From an uncultured Myxococcales bacterium (GTDB lineage Bacteria > Myxococcota_A > UBA9042), in assembly GCA_903883645.1 (NCBI GenBank), contig CAISBR010000004.1, positions 13,461 through 77,460 on the forward strand: a stretch of DNA of 64,000 nt, in the 5' to 3' direction. The notes beneath the pieces are model-generated. The model had not been told where the DNA came from, did no database searches, and saw only the letters and a list, made by a program, of their open reading frames with translations. Each line of letters opens with the position of its first letter. The stretch's first letter is position 1. Made by a program: the position numbers and the translations under genes. This document shows positions 29,716 through 37,673 of the stretch, in pieces.

Positions 29716-31527
29716 TTAAGCCGAGAGTTTGCGGGCAATTAGCATCCATGCCAGCGGCAGCACAAACGCACCGATGGTGGCAAGTGCCCCCCAATTGCGC
29801 AAGCGGGCGGCCAGATCGTCGCGACCGACAGCATGGGCGCGGTACTCGGCGATAACTTGCAGCGTGGCGATGCCGATCGAGGCATAGGCGGCAAAATACG
29901 ACCAATCGACGACCGTCAGGTAGCCGACTTCGGGCAGGTGGCCGGCCGTATTGACCTGCAACTCGACCGCGCATAGCAGGGCCAACACCGTTAAAAGCAG
30001 CTTGGCATCTAGCTTTTCGGCGGGGATGAGGCTCGCTGCCAGCGCCATTAGCACCATCAGCAGCAGGGGCGCCAAGTCGGCCACGGCAAAACGCAGCACT
30101 TCGCGGCGCACATCGACAACAAAGTTGTAACGACTAAAGAATTCGGTGGGCCCATACTGCGACTTGACCTCTTCGGAGCGCACCGCCACCAACTGCCAGT
30201 CGTGCAGCGAGAAGTTAGGGCCCAGGCGCTGGTCGAGGGTCAGCTTGGCCTCGGGGTGCCAGCGCGTCTCGCAGTGGAACACCAGCTGCCCGTACTGCAA
30301 CAGAGGGTGTTCAAACGCTAATTCGAAGCGCTGCGCATCGAACGGGTAGGCGTGCAGGTCAAAATGGCTGCGGGCGCGCCCGTGCATCCGCCAGTTGAGG
30401 CTGTGCCACGGACCGTGCGGCTCGTAGCCGTTGGGGGTGATCTCGACCTCGTCGGCGTTCATCACCTCGAACGGCCGCGGATCTTCGGGACCCATGCGCG
30501 GATCGAGCCAGCGCAGCTCAAGCGTCGCATCAAAGGTAAAGGTGCCTTTTTGCAGGTCAATCGCGCTAATCGCAATCAGCCAAACCGTTACGCGCACATC
30601 GATGGGCTTGTCGAGCGGCCCACCGCGGGCATAGGCATCGGCGGCACCCAGATGCAGGGGCAGCGGCGAGGGCATGGCGGCGGTGGCGCGCTGGAGACTG
30701 CCCAGACCGGGATCGGCGGTGCGCAGTAAATCGCTTTGATTCCAAATGGCTTCGACCAGATCGTCGACCTGCAGGCGCGGCAAGGCAGCCCGCCCCACCA
30801 GCACCTGCGGAACGGACAGCGTCACCACCTGTTTGTCGCCAAGCTTTTGAAATTGAGCGCGATCCACGGTCGCCACCTGCCACGGCCAGGCCGACTCGGG
30901 CAGTTCTTTGGTCGACGGCAGCGACAGCCAGTGATCGCCCGCCGCCAAAGCCGCTGTAAGGCTCGCATCCTCGGGCGCCACCACGGCAAACGCGGCATCG
31001 ACCTGCCCGGCGTGCAGCGCGGCCAGAGGGTCGGCGGACATCTGCACTTGCACCGCAGCCCGCGCCAGGCCGGCGTGCTCAAGCAGCACCAGCAGCGCCT
31101 CGCGATCGCCCGTCGCCGTCGCCGCCAGGGCCACCCGCTTACCCTGCAACTGGTCGAGCGTCTTCAGATCTTGCCGCACCAGCACGGCCAGGTAGGTGGT
31201 ATGCAGCACGGCAATGGCCCGCAAGTCCTTGTGCGGCTCTTGGAAGCGCCCGGTACCCAGCCACGCCGCCCGCGCCAAGTCAGCCCGCGCTACGGCCAGC
31301 GCATGACCCGGCTGAGCGAGCAATTTCTCTAGATTATCCAGCGATCCCGCAGTGGCAGTGGGCGTCACTACCTCGCCGCCGGGCACCGCCTGCGCCGCCT
31401 GCGCCAGACCCGCCGCCAAGTGCGCCTCGGCCTTGCCTGCCGGCCCCGAAAAGATGGGCAGCGCGTGCGCCGCTGGGGCCAGCAGCAGCAGCGCAAAGAG
31501 CAGGCAAGCCTGGGCCCATGCTCTCAT
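29716..31527 (-). CDS. TAXI solute-binding domain fused to a pentameric ligand-gated ion channel (GLIC/ELIC-like)
   Basis: N-half TAGSLDN, LQGKRVA, GQVDAAF, PLHLGA; C-half LRWLDPR, FDLHAYPFDAQ Pro-loop, four TM helices, LPEVGYLT M2-M3 loop. Confidence 0.85.
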   Translation of the reverse strand: MRAWAQACLLFALLLLAPAAHALPIFSGPAGKAEAHLAAGLAQAAQAVPGGEVVTPTATAGSLDNLEKLLAQPGHALAVARADLARAAWLGTGRFQEPHKDLRAIAVLHTTYLAVLVRQDLKTLDQLQGKRVALAATATGDREALLVLLEHAGLARAAVQVQMSADPLAALHAGQVDAAFAVVAPEDASLTAALAAGDHWLSLPSTKELPESAWPWQVATVDRAQFQKLGDKQVVTLSVPQVLVGRAALPRLQVDDLVEAIWNQSDLLRTADPGLGSLQRATAAMPSPLPLHLGAADAYARGGPLDKPIDVRVTVWLIAISAIDLQKGTFTFDATLELRWLDPRMGPEDPRPFEVMNADEVEITPNGYEPHGPWHSLNWRMHGRARSHFDLHAYPFDAQRFELAFEHPLLQYGQLVFHCETRWHPEAKLTLDQRLGPNFSLHDWQLVAVRSEEVKSQYGPTEFFSRYNFVVDVRREVLRFAVADLAPLLLMVLMALAASLIPAEKLDAKLLLTVLALLCAVELQVNTAGHLPEVGYLTVVDWSYFAAYASIGIATLQVIAEYRAHAVGRDDLAARLRNWGALATIGAFVLPLAWMLIARKLSA

Positions 31528-33710
31528 TTCCACGCCTCGGGCAACTGCAAGCCAAACTGCTGCACCAAGAAGGTCAGCCGGTCGGTGGCCTCGTCGATCT
31601 GCTTGGTGGTGGGCTTGCCGGCCCCATGCCCAGCGCGCGTCTCGATCCGCACCCGAATCGGCGCCGGACCGCCCTGAGCCGCCTGCAACGCCGCTGTAAA
31701 CTTGAACGAATGCGCCGGCACCACCCGATCGTCGTGGTCGCCCGTGGTCACCAGCGTGGCGGGATAGGCCGTACCCTTGTGCAAGTTATGAAGAGGACTG
31801 TACTTGTATAGCCACTCGAAGGCCTTGGCATCGGCACTGCTGCCGTACTCGGGCACCCAGCCCCAGCCGATGGTGAACAGGTGGTAGCGCAGCATGTCCA
31901 TCACCCCCACCGCCGGCAGAGCAGCGCCAAATAATTCAGGCCGTTGCGCTAGACACGCGCCGACGAGCAGCCCGCCGTTGCTACCGCCCGCGATCGCCAA
32001 ATGCGCCGAGGTCGTCCACTTCTCGCGGGTGAGCAGCTCGGCCGAGGCAATGAAGTCGTCAAAAACATTCTGCTTCTTTCCTAGCTGCCCAGCTTGATGC
32101 CAAGCCTCGCCAAACTCGGCACCGCCGCGCAGCACCGCCACCGCCAGCACGCCGCCCGCCTCGATCCAAGCTTGCAGGTCGGGCTTGTAAAACGGCGTCA
32201 TCTCTACAGAAAACCCGCCATAGCCGTACAGGTAGGCCGGCGCCGAGCCATCGCGGGGCAGGTCGCTGCGGGCAGTGACAAAAATCGGCACCCGGGTACC
32301 ATCTTTGCTAGTCGCATAGCGCAGTTGCGTACTGTACTTTTCGGCGGGCAGACCGCGCTTGGCGTCGAAACGCACCTGCAGCTCGCCCTTGTCGAGGTTG
32401 GCGTGGTATACCCGCGCCGGCGCCAAGAAGTCTACGTATGCAAAGAACAAATTGGCATCACCCGCGTGGCCCGACAGCCCCACCACCGAGCCCAAACGCG
32501 GAAACGTCGGCGCGGGCAGCGGCTTGCCCTGATAGTCCACGAATTCGAGCTGATGCGAGGCATCGACCAGCTTGCCCAAGACGATACCCTTGCCCGCCAA
32601 CACCGCGAACGACAAGGTAGAATCCGCCTCGCCCTGCACTTGCCGCCACCCCGCAGGCAGCGGCCCCACCGGCTTGTCGCTGTCGAGATTTGCCGCCTTG
32701 TGCAGGTCGAGCGCCAGCAGCCGGCCCCGCGGCGCACCCCAATCACTGCGCAAGAACAGCTGGTTACTAGCCACACCCGCCACTTCGAACGCGCCGCCAA
32801 AGCCGCTCGCCAGCTGCCGATTGGGACCCAGACCTTTGGTCGTAATTTCGCGAACATCCAAGCCATTCTTCGACTCGGCGCCGCGCGAGGTGGTCAAAAG
32901 CCACCAGTGCCCGTCGTCGCTCACCTCGACGCCAAAGCCCCACTCGGCCTGCGCGGCGTTCTCGTGCACCACCGCGTCGGCCGACTGCGGCGTGCCCAAT
33001 TTGTGGAAGCACACCTTCTGGAACTTGTTGACACCTGTAAGCGTTTCGCCCGCTTTGGGCGCGTCGTAGCGGGAATACCAAAAGCCGCTGCCGTCGGGAT
33101 GCCAGGCGATCGAGCTAAACTTGACCCATTGCAGTACGTCGGGCCGATCGGCGCCGCTGTCGACCTCGCGCACGTGGATCTCGTTCCAGTCCGAGCCGCC
33201 GCTCGCCAGGGCATAGCCCAGCAACTTGCCGTCGTCACTGGGCGAAATCGTCTGCAAGAACAGGGTGCCGTCGCCCGCCGCCCGATTGGGATCGTACAGA
33301 ACCTTGCACGTGCGCTCGTCTTGCGGCGCCCAGCACAGCACGGCCTGATTCTGCAGCCCGTCGTTGTGCCGCCAAAATGCCCGCCCGCCCCGCAGCGTAG
33401 GCGCCGTTTCTTTCGGAAAATCCCAGATCTGCGCGAGATGCCGCGCCAACACCGGCCGCTGTGGCACCCGATCGAGCAGCGCCCGCGTGGCCAGGTTCTG
33501 CGCTTGCACCCACGCCTGCGTCTCGGCACTGTCTTGCTCGAGCCAGCGGTACGGGTCGGCGACTTTGTGGCCATGGTAGTCGTCAACCTGGTCGCTGGTG
33601 CGCGTCGGCGGCGGCTGCGGCAGCTCGGATTTCGCAGGCGTCGCAGGCTGTTGAGCAGGCGAGGAACAGGCGACGGCAAGGGCAAGCAACCAAAGCAGCG
33701 ATGGGCGCAT
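31524..33710 (-). CDS. Prolyl oligopeptidase (S9A) lipoprotein
   Basis: Lipobox AVAC; ADPYRWLE, YGYGGF, GGSNGG, DDRV, AGHG triad motifs. Confidence 0.95.
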   Translation of the reverse strand: MRPSLLWLLALAVACSSPAQQPATPAKSELPQPPPTRTSDQVDDYHGHKVADPYRWLEQDSAETQAWVQAQNLATRALLDRVPQRPVLARHLAQIWDFPKETAPTLRGGRAFWRHNDGLQNQAVLCWAPQDERTCKVLYDPNRAAGDGTLFLQTISPSDDGKLLGYALASGGSDWNEIHVREVDSGADRPDVLQWVKFSSIAWHPDGSGFWYSRYDAPKAGETLTGVNKFQKVCFHKLGTPQSADAVVHENAAQAEWGFGVEVSDDGHWWLLTTSRGAESKNGLDVREITTKGLGPNRQLASGFGGAFEVAGVASNQLFLRSDWGAPRGRLLALDLHKAANLDSDKPVGPLPAGWRQVQGEADSTLSFAVLAGKGIVLGKLVDASHQLEFVDYQGKPLPAPTFPRLGSVVGLSGHAGDANLFFAYVDFLAPARVYHANLDKGELQVRFDAKRGLPAEKYSTQLRYATSKDGTRVPIFVTARSDLPRDGSAPAYLYGYGGFSVEMTPFYKPDLQAWIEAGGVLAVAVLRGGAEFGEAWHQAGQLGKKQNVFDDFIASAELLTREKWTTSAHLAIAGGSNGGLLVGACLAQRPELFGAALPAVGVMDMLRYHLFTIGWGWVPEYGSSADAKAFEWLYKYSPLHNLHKGTAYPATLVTTGDHDDRVVPAHSFKFTAALQAAQGGPAPIRVRIETRAGHGAGKPTTKQIDEATDRLTFLVQQFGLQLPEAWK

Positions 33711-33883
33711 ACGATTCCTGCGGGTCCGACTGCGACCACACGGCGCGATGGTGGCCCGCAGGCCTGCCGATGTCTAGTCGCGACAAAGAGCTGCGTATTT
33801 TCAGGCAGTAGAACAAGGGTGCCACGTTCTGCCGTCATCTGCTACCGTGTCGGCCGGCGCGGTAGCTGCGCGCGTGAGCAAGC

Positions 33884-34663
33884 ATGATCGAACCAATTCT
33901 TGTGGGCGCCGGGCGGATTGGCCTGGCCTTGGCGCGGCGAGCCGAGACGAAAGGCACGCCCACACAGCTACTTGGCCGGCACGACCGTTGGGATGTGCTT
34001 GACCAGCCGGCCGGGCAGCCGATCGCCCTATGTGTGCGCAACGACGACTTGGCAGTGGTGCTGCCGCGCATCCCCCAGCATCGCCATTGCGATCTGTTGT
34101 TTCTGCAGAATGGGATGTTGCGCGATTGGCTGGCGAAGCAGGGGCTGGCCCAGGCGAGCCGCGGTCTGCTGTTTTTTGCTGTAGCCGACCGTACTTGTGA
34201 CCCGGCGCCCGGCGGTGTCAGCCCGCTATGGGGCCACCATGCCCAAGAGTTTGCCAACTGGCTGAACGCGCTCGACCTGCCGGCCGCGGCGGTAACGGCG
34301 CAGGAGTTCGCCGACATTGAACTCGAGAAGCTGCTTTGGAATTGCTGCCTTGGTGTGGTGTGCCAGGCGCAGCACTGTACGGCAACAGAGGCCGCAACGG
34401 TGTACGCCTCACAACTAGCTGACTTAGTAGCCGAACTGGCGCAAGTGGGCCGCCCGGCGCTGCGGGCGCAGGCAGACAATGAGGCATTAACCCAGCGAAT
34501 TATCAGCTATAGCCTGCAGCTTGGTGATTATCGCGCCGCCGTCAAAGAATGGCCTTGGCGCAATGGCTGGTTCGTGGCCGAGGCCAAGCGGCGCAACATG
34601 GCTTGCCCACTGCATGATCGGCTGCTGCACCAGGCGATGGGCGAGAGTGCTGGCGCGGTCTAG
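33884..34663 (+). CDS. Ketopantoate-reductase-like Rossmann protein
   Basis: VGAGRIG, CVRND, FLQNG, EKLLWN. Confidence 0.6.
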   Translation: MIEPILVGAGRIGLALARRAETKGTPTQLLGRHDRWDVLDQPAGQPIALCVRNDDLAVVLPRIPQHRHCDLLFLQNGMLRDWLAKQGLAQASRGLLFFAVADRTCDPAPGGVSPLWGHHAQEFANWLNALDLPAAAVTAQEFADIELEKLLWNCCLGVVCQAQHCTATEAATVYASQLADLVAELAQVGRPALRAQADNEALTQRIISYSLQLGDYRAAVKEWPWRNGWFVAEAKRRNMACPLHDRLLHQAMGESAGAV

Positions 34664-35025
34664 GGTTTGCAATAGCCCTTGCCGTTGCAGCCGGCGCCAC
34701 TTGCTCCGCCCGGGCAGTCGGCGGCAGTTTTGCACGGCAGCGTACAGCGTTTGATGCCATCGCCGTAGGCAAAACAGGTCATGGCCGACGGGCAAACGCC
34801 CGCTGCGGGGCACGCCTCGCCAAAGCCCGCTGGGCCCAGGTGATCCCCGGCGCCGGCATCGGCAGCCGTGCCTGTGGCCGCATTGGCCAGGGCCGTGGCG
34901 TCGGTAGCGGTCGCGGCGGGTTGGGCGGCAGTCGATGCAGACTCGGTCTTGGCGCACCCAGATAGTGCCCAGCTCGCCAACGCCCCCAGCAGCAGCCCTT
35001 GCAGTACCTTGTTTACCCGCCTCAT
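34660..35025 (-). CDS. Small lipoprotein with C-terminal six-Cys module
   Basis: Lipobox LSGC, Ala/Thr linker, module ending CPGGASGAGCNGKGYCKP; ATGA overlap with the upstream gene. Confidence 0.8.
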   Translation of the reverse strand: MRRVNKVLQGLLLGALASWALSGCAKTESASTAAQPAATATDATALANAATGTAADAGAGDHLGPAGFGEACPAAGVCPSAMTCFAYGDGIKRCTLPCKTAADCPGGASGAGCNGKGYCKP

Positions 35026-35795
35026 CGCGCCCCCTTGCCGACCCCGCCGCCCACGACGAGCAGGCAGCCGGCGTCTTGGATATCGCCGCCCTTGCTGGCG
35101 TTTCGCCCCGTTCCGCATTGCGCGCCGAGCCACAGCGGCCCCAGTGTGCGCCGTGCACCAAGGTGGATGTGGTCCGCTGTGCCCTCGCCACCGGCTAGGA
35201 CAGCGCTGCGCACGCCCCACGACTCGGCCGAAATGGTCCACACATCAGTTAGTTGCCAGGCCGCCGCAGCTTCGTAGCGAGTCCGGCGGTCGTCGCCCGT
35301 CAGTCCGTCGATCGCCAGCACGGCCGAAAGATGCACCCGCCCGAACCGCCCCGCCACACCCGCGCCCAGTTGTGCCGTCGACGGCCGCGTCGCCTGCAGG
35401 CGTACCCGGGCGCCCGCCGTCAAGAAGGGGTGCCAGTTCTCGCCGACCGGCAGCACCACCGTCGCCAGCGGCGCTAGGCCCGCCACGCGCACATCGCTGC
35501 TCGAGAGTTGGCGAAAAGCGCCCTCTAGGCTGACTTGCAGCGGCCCAACTAGCCCCGCGCGCAGGCTAAGCCGTTCGTTTACGCCCTGATACTGCCCCGT
35601 GCCGCTGCCCACCCCACCCTTGACGGGCGAGAGCGGCCGCACCACTTCGGCCCCCAGGCTGGATTGAACCTCGAGCGGTCGGAGGCTGATGGTGTCTTGC
35701 ACGCGCACATAGGCCGGAGCATCGGCATACGCCGTCGAGCCAGCGACCGCGCTGACTAGCAGGACTGCAAAGACGAAGGCACCGCGCGTCGCCAT
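35022..35795 (-). CDS. Putative outer-membrane beta-barrel protein
   Basis: Signal peptide (AYA) and about 10-12 amphipathic strands (YEAAAAWQL, WTISAESWG). Confidence 0.6.
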   Translation of the reverse strand: MATRGAFVFAVLLVSAVAGSTAYADAPAYVRVQDTISLRPLEVQSSLGAEVVRPLSPVKGGVGSGTGQYQGVNERLSLRAGLVGPLQVSLEGAFRQLSSSDVRVAGLAPLATVVLPVGENWHPFLTAGARVRLQATRPSTAQLGAGVAGRFGRVHLSAVLAIDGLTGDDRRTRYEAAAAWQLTDVWTISAESWGVRSAVLAGGEGTADHIHLGARRTLGPLWLGAQCGTGRNASKGGDIQDAGCLLVVGGGVGKGAR

Positions 35796-35802
35796 CGCCG
35801 TC

Positions 35803-37542
35803 TTACTGCTTGATGCAGTAGATGAGACCTACATAAGGCGGCAAGTGATTGGTGAAATTGGTCCACGTCCACGTGTTTTGGCCGCCCGAGGCGACGGTCT
35901 GCTGCGACTCGCCCTGCCATTCGAAGCCGACGTAGCTGTACGAACCCGGCGAGTGCCAAGTGCCCGGGCCACGCTGGGTGTAGCCGCCGATGCGGTAGGT
36001 GTGCGAGCCGCCCACGCTGCCGAGCGCCACTGTGCCACCCTGGGGCAAAGGACCGACGCCGAGGGCAAGGCGACCGCGCATGTCGGGGGTACCGTTTGCC
36101 CCATCCGCCGCCACCCAGCCCGCCGGGCAGGTATTCAGGTTGAAAGGCGCGACCATGCCCGACAAGAACGAGGCGCCGCCCACCGTCAGGCCGCCATCGA
36201 CGATGAGGTCGCCCTTAATCTCGATCTTCTTGTTCGACAGCGTTTGGATGTTCACGGACCAGCTGAACTTGCCGTCGAAACCACCGGAGCCGCCACCCGA
36301 TTTCAGGTCCTTGACCGTAATGGACCACTGCCCGGCGATATCTTTGCCGACCCAGTCCAAGTCCATATTGCCAGAAACCAACGCCAAGTCTTTGTTGAAG
36401 TTGGTGGTCAGGGCCGTGCCGGTCTTGTTGCCGTTGTAAAGGACATACGGTGTCGCCATCTGCGGGCCATAGAGCTCGATGCGCACACCCGACATGTCCG
36501 AGTTGGTCACCTGCACGTTGATCCAAATCTTTTGCGCTTGGCCGATGCTCGGAAAGTTAAGCGTGTCGGTGGTGCCTGGGCCAAGGCCGTCTGGAATCAC
36601 GATATTGCTCTTGCCGGCAGTGGAGTCTGTGAATTGATTCCAGATTAGACCGTTCGAGACCTCGTCGATCAAGTCTGGCGCGATGGCCGATGCGACGCAC
36701 GCGTACGAGCCGTCGCTGTTGATGCCGTTCATAACGAGGCCGGTGCCGCAAGTCTTGCCGAGCTGGGTCGGCGTGGGCGTGCCGCTCAGGTCGGCATAGC
36801 TGCCGCTGGCGGCGACCTTGGCCAGGCTCGACGCTTTGACGTAGCCCGCCAAGTCGGCACTTTTTGCGTATGCAGCGAGGTCGGTTAGCTTGGCGTAGCC
36901 ACCTAAGTCGGTGAGCTTGGCGAACGCGCCGAGGTCGCTCGACTTGGCATAGGCGGCGAGATCGGTGAGCTTGGCGAGGCCGCTCAGGTCGGGACCGCCG
37001 TTCAGGTCGGTGAATGCTCCCGTGGTGGCCACTTTGGCAAGGTCAGATACCTTAGCGTAACCACTCATAATTTTTGGATCAACTTGGGCCGCCGTAATGC
37101 AGCCCGTGCAATCCATGCTCTCGGCCACGGCGGCGCGCATGGCAAAGGCTGTAGCCAAAAGCGGTCGGCGCGGCAGTTCCGTATCGGTTCCCACTTGCAA
37201 ACCAACCCATAGCGCGGCACCGGTCAAGACCGAGCCAGTGAGCGGCGACTTGGCGCCCAGAACGGCGCTCCATGTGCCAGCTTTGACGCCGACCGGGAGC
37301 GGGCCTTCCATCCAGATGGGGTTACCACCAGACTCATCTTTGTAAATCGCAAAGGTAAGCTGGTAATTACCGTCGGGAGCAGCACCTCCGGTCGAAGTCA
37401 GCGTACCTTCAATGCCGATGGTAGGGGGGACCGCTGCCTGGGCCGAGGCACTACCGAACAGGAGGCAGATCATGGCGACCTGCCAGCTCGCGCGCGCTGC
37501 CCAGATGCGCGCCGCCGTGGTCCAATTTCCTTTGCTTTCCAT
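35803..37542 (-). CDS. Secreted tail-fibre-like protein with P-domain-like sandwich and C-terminal tail-collar domain
   Basis: Signal peptide AQA; DLxxYAKxx repeats; LAKVAASGSYADLSG; GQWSITVKD; CPAGW..DG.NGTPDMRGR...LPPYVGLIYCIK. Confidence 0.75.
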   Translation of the reverse strand: MESKGNWTTAARIWAARASWQVAMICLLFGSASAQAAVPPTIGIEGTLTSTGGAAPDGNYQLTFAIYKDESGGNPIWMEGPLPVGVKAGTWSAVLGAKSPLTGSVLTGAALWVGLQVGTDTELPRRPLLATAFAMRAAVAESMDCTGCITAAQVDPKIMSGYAKVSDLAKVATTGAFTDLNGGPDLSGLAKLTDLAAYAKSSDLGAFAKLTDLGGYAKLTDLAAYAKSADLAGYVKASSLAKVAASGSYADLSGTPTPTQLGKTCGTGLVMNGINSDGSYACVASAIAPDLIDEVSNGLIWNQFTDSTAGKSNIVIPDGLGPGTTDTLNFPSIGQAQKIWINVQVTNSDMSGVRIELYGPQMATPYVLYNGNKTGTALTTNFNKDLALVSGNMDLDWVGKDIAGQWSITVKDLKSGGGSGGFDGKFSWSVNIQTLSNKKIEIKGDLIVDGGLTVGGASFLSGMVAPFNLNTCPAGWVAADGANGTPDMRGRLALGVGPLPQGGTVALGSVGGSHTYRIGGYTQRGPGTWHSPGSYSYVGFEWQGESQQTVASGGQNTWTWTNFTNHLPPYVGLIYCIKQ

Positions 37543-37673
37543 GATTATGCTCCCGCTGGATTCGCCTTGACCGGCCTCAGGCGTATGGCTTTGAATACAA
37601 GACGGCCCGTACGCGCCAATCCCGCAGATTAGCGCCGCTTAGCAGACCTGGCAACTGCCAATGCGGACGGCGG

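Noticed and set aside
32094-33887. 597-aa plus-strand ORF
   Set aside because: Antisense to prolyl oligopeptidase; typical high-GC artefact
35803-37542. Prophage or contractile-injection-system remnant
   Set aside because: No other phage, sheath or baseplate genes; the protein has a signal peptide and lipoprotein neighbours
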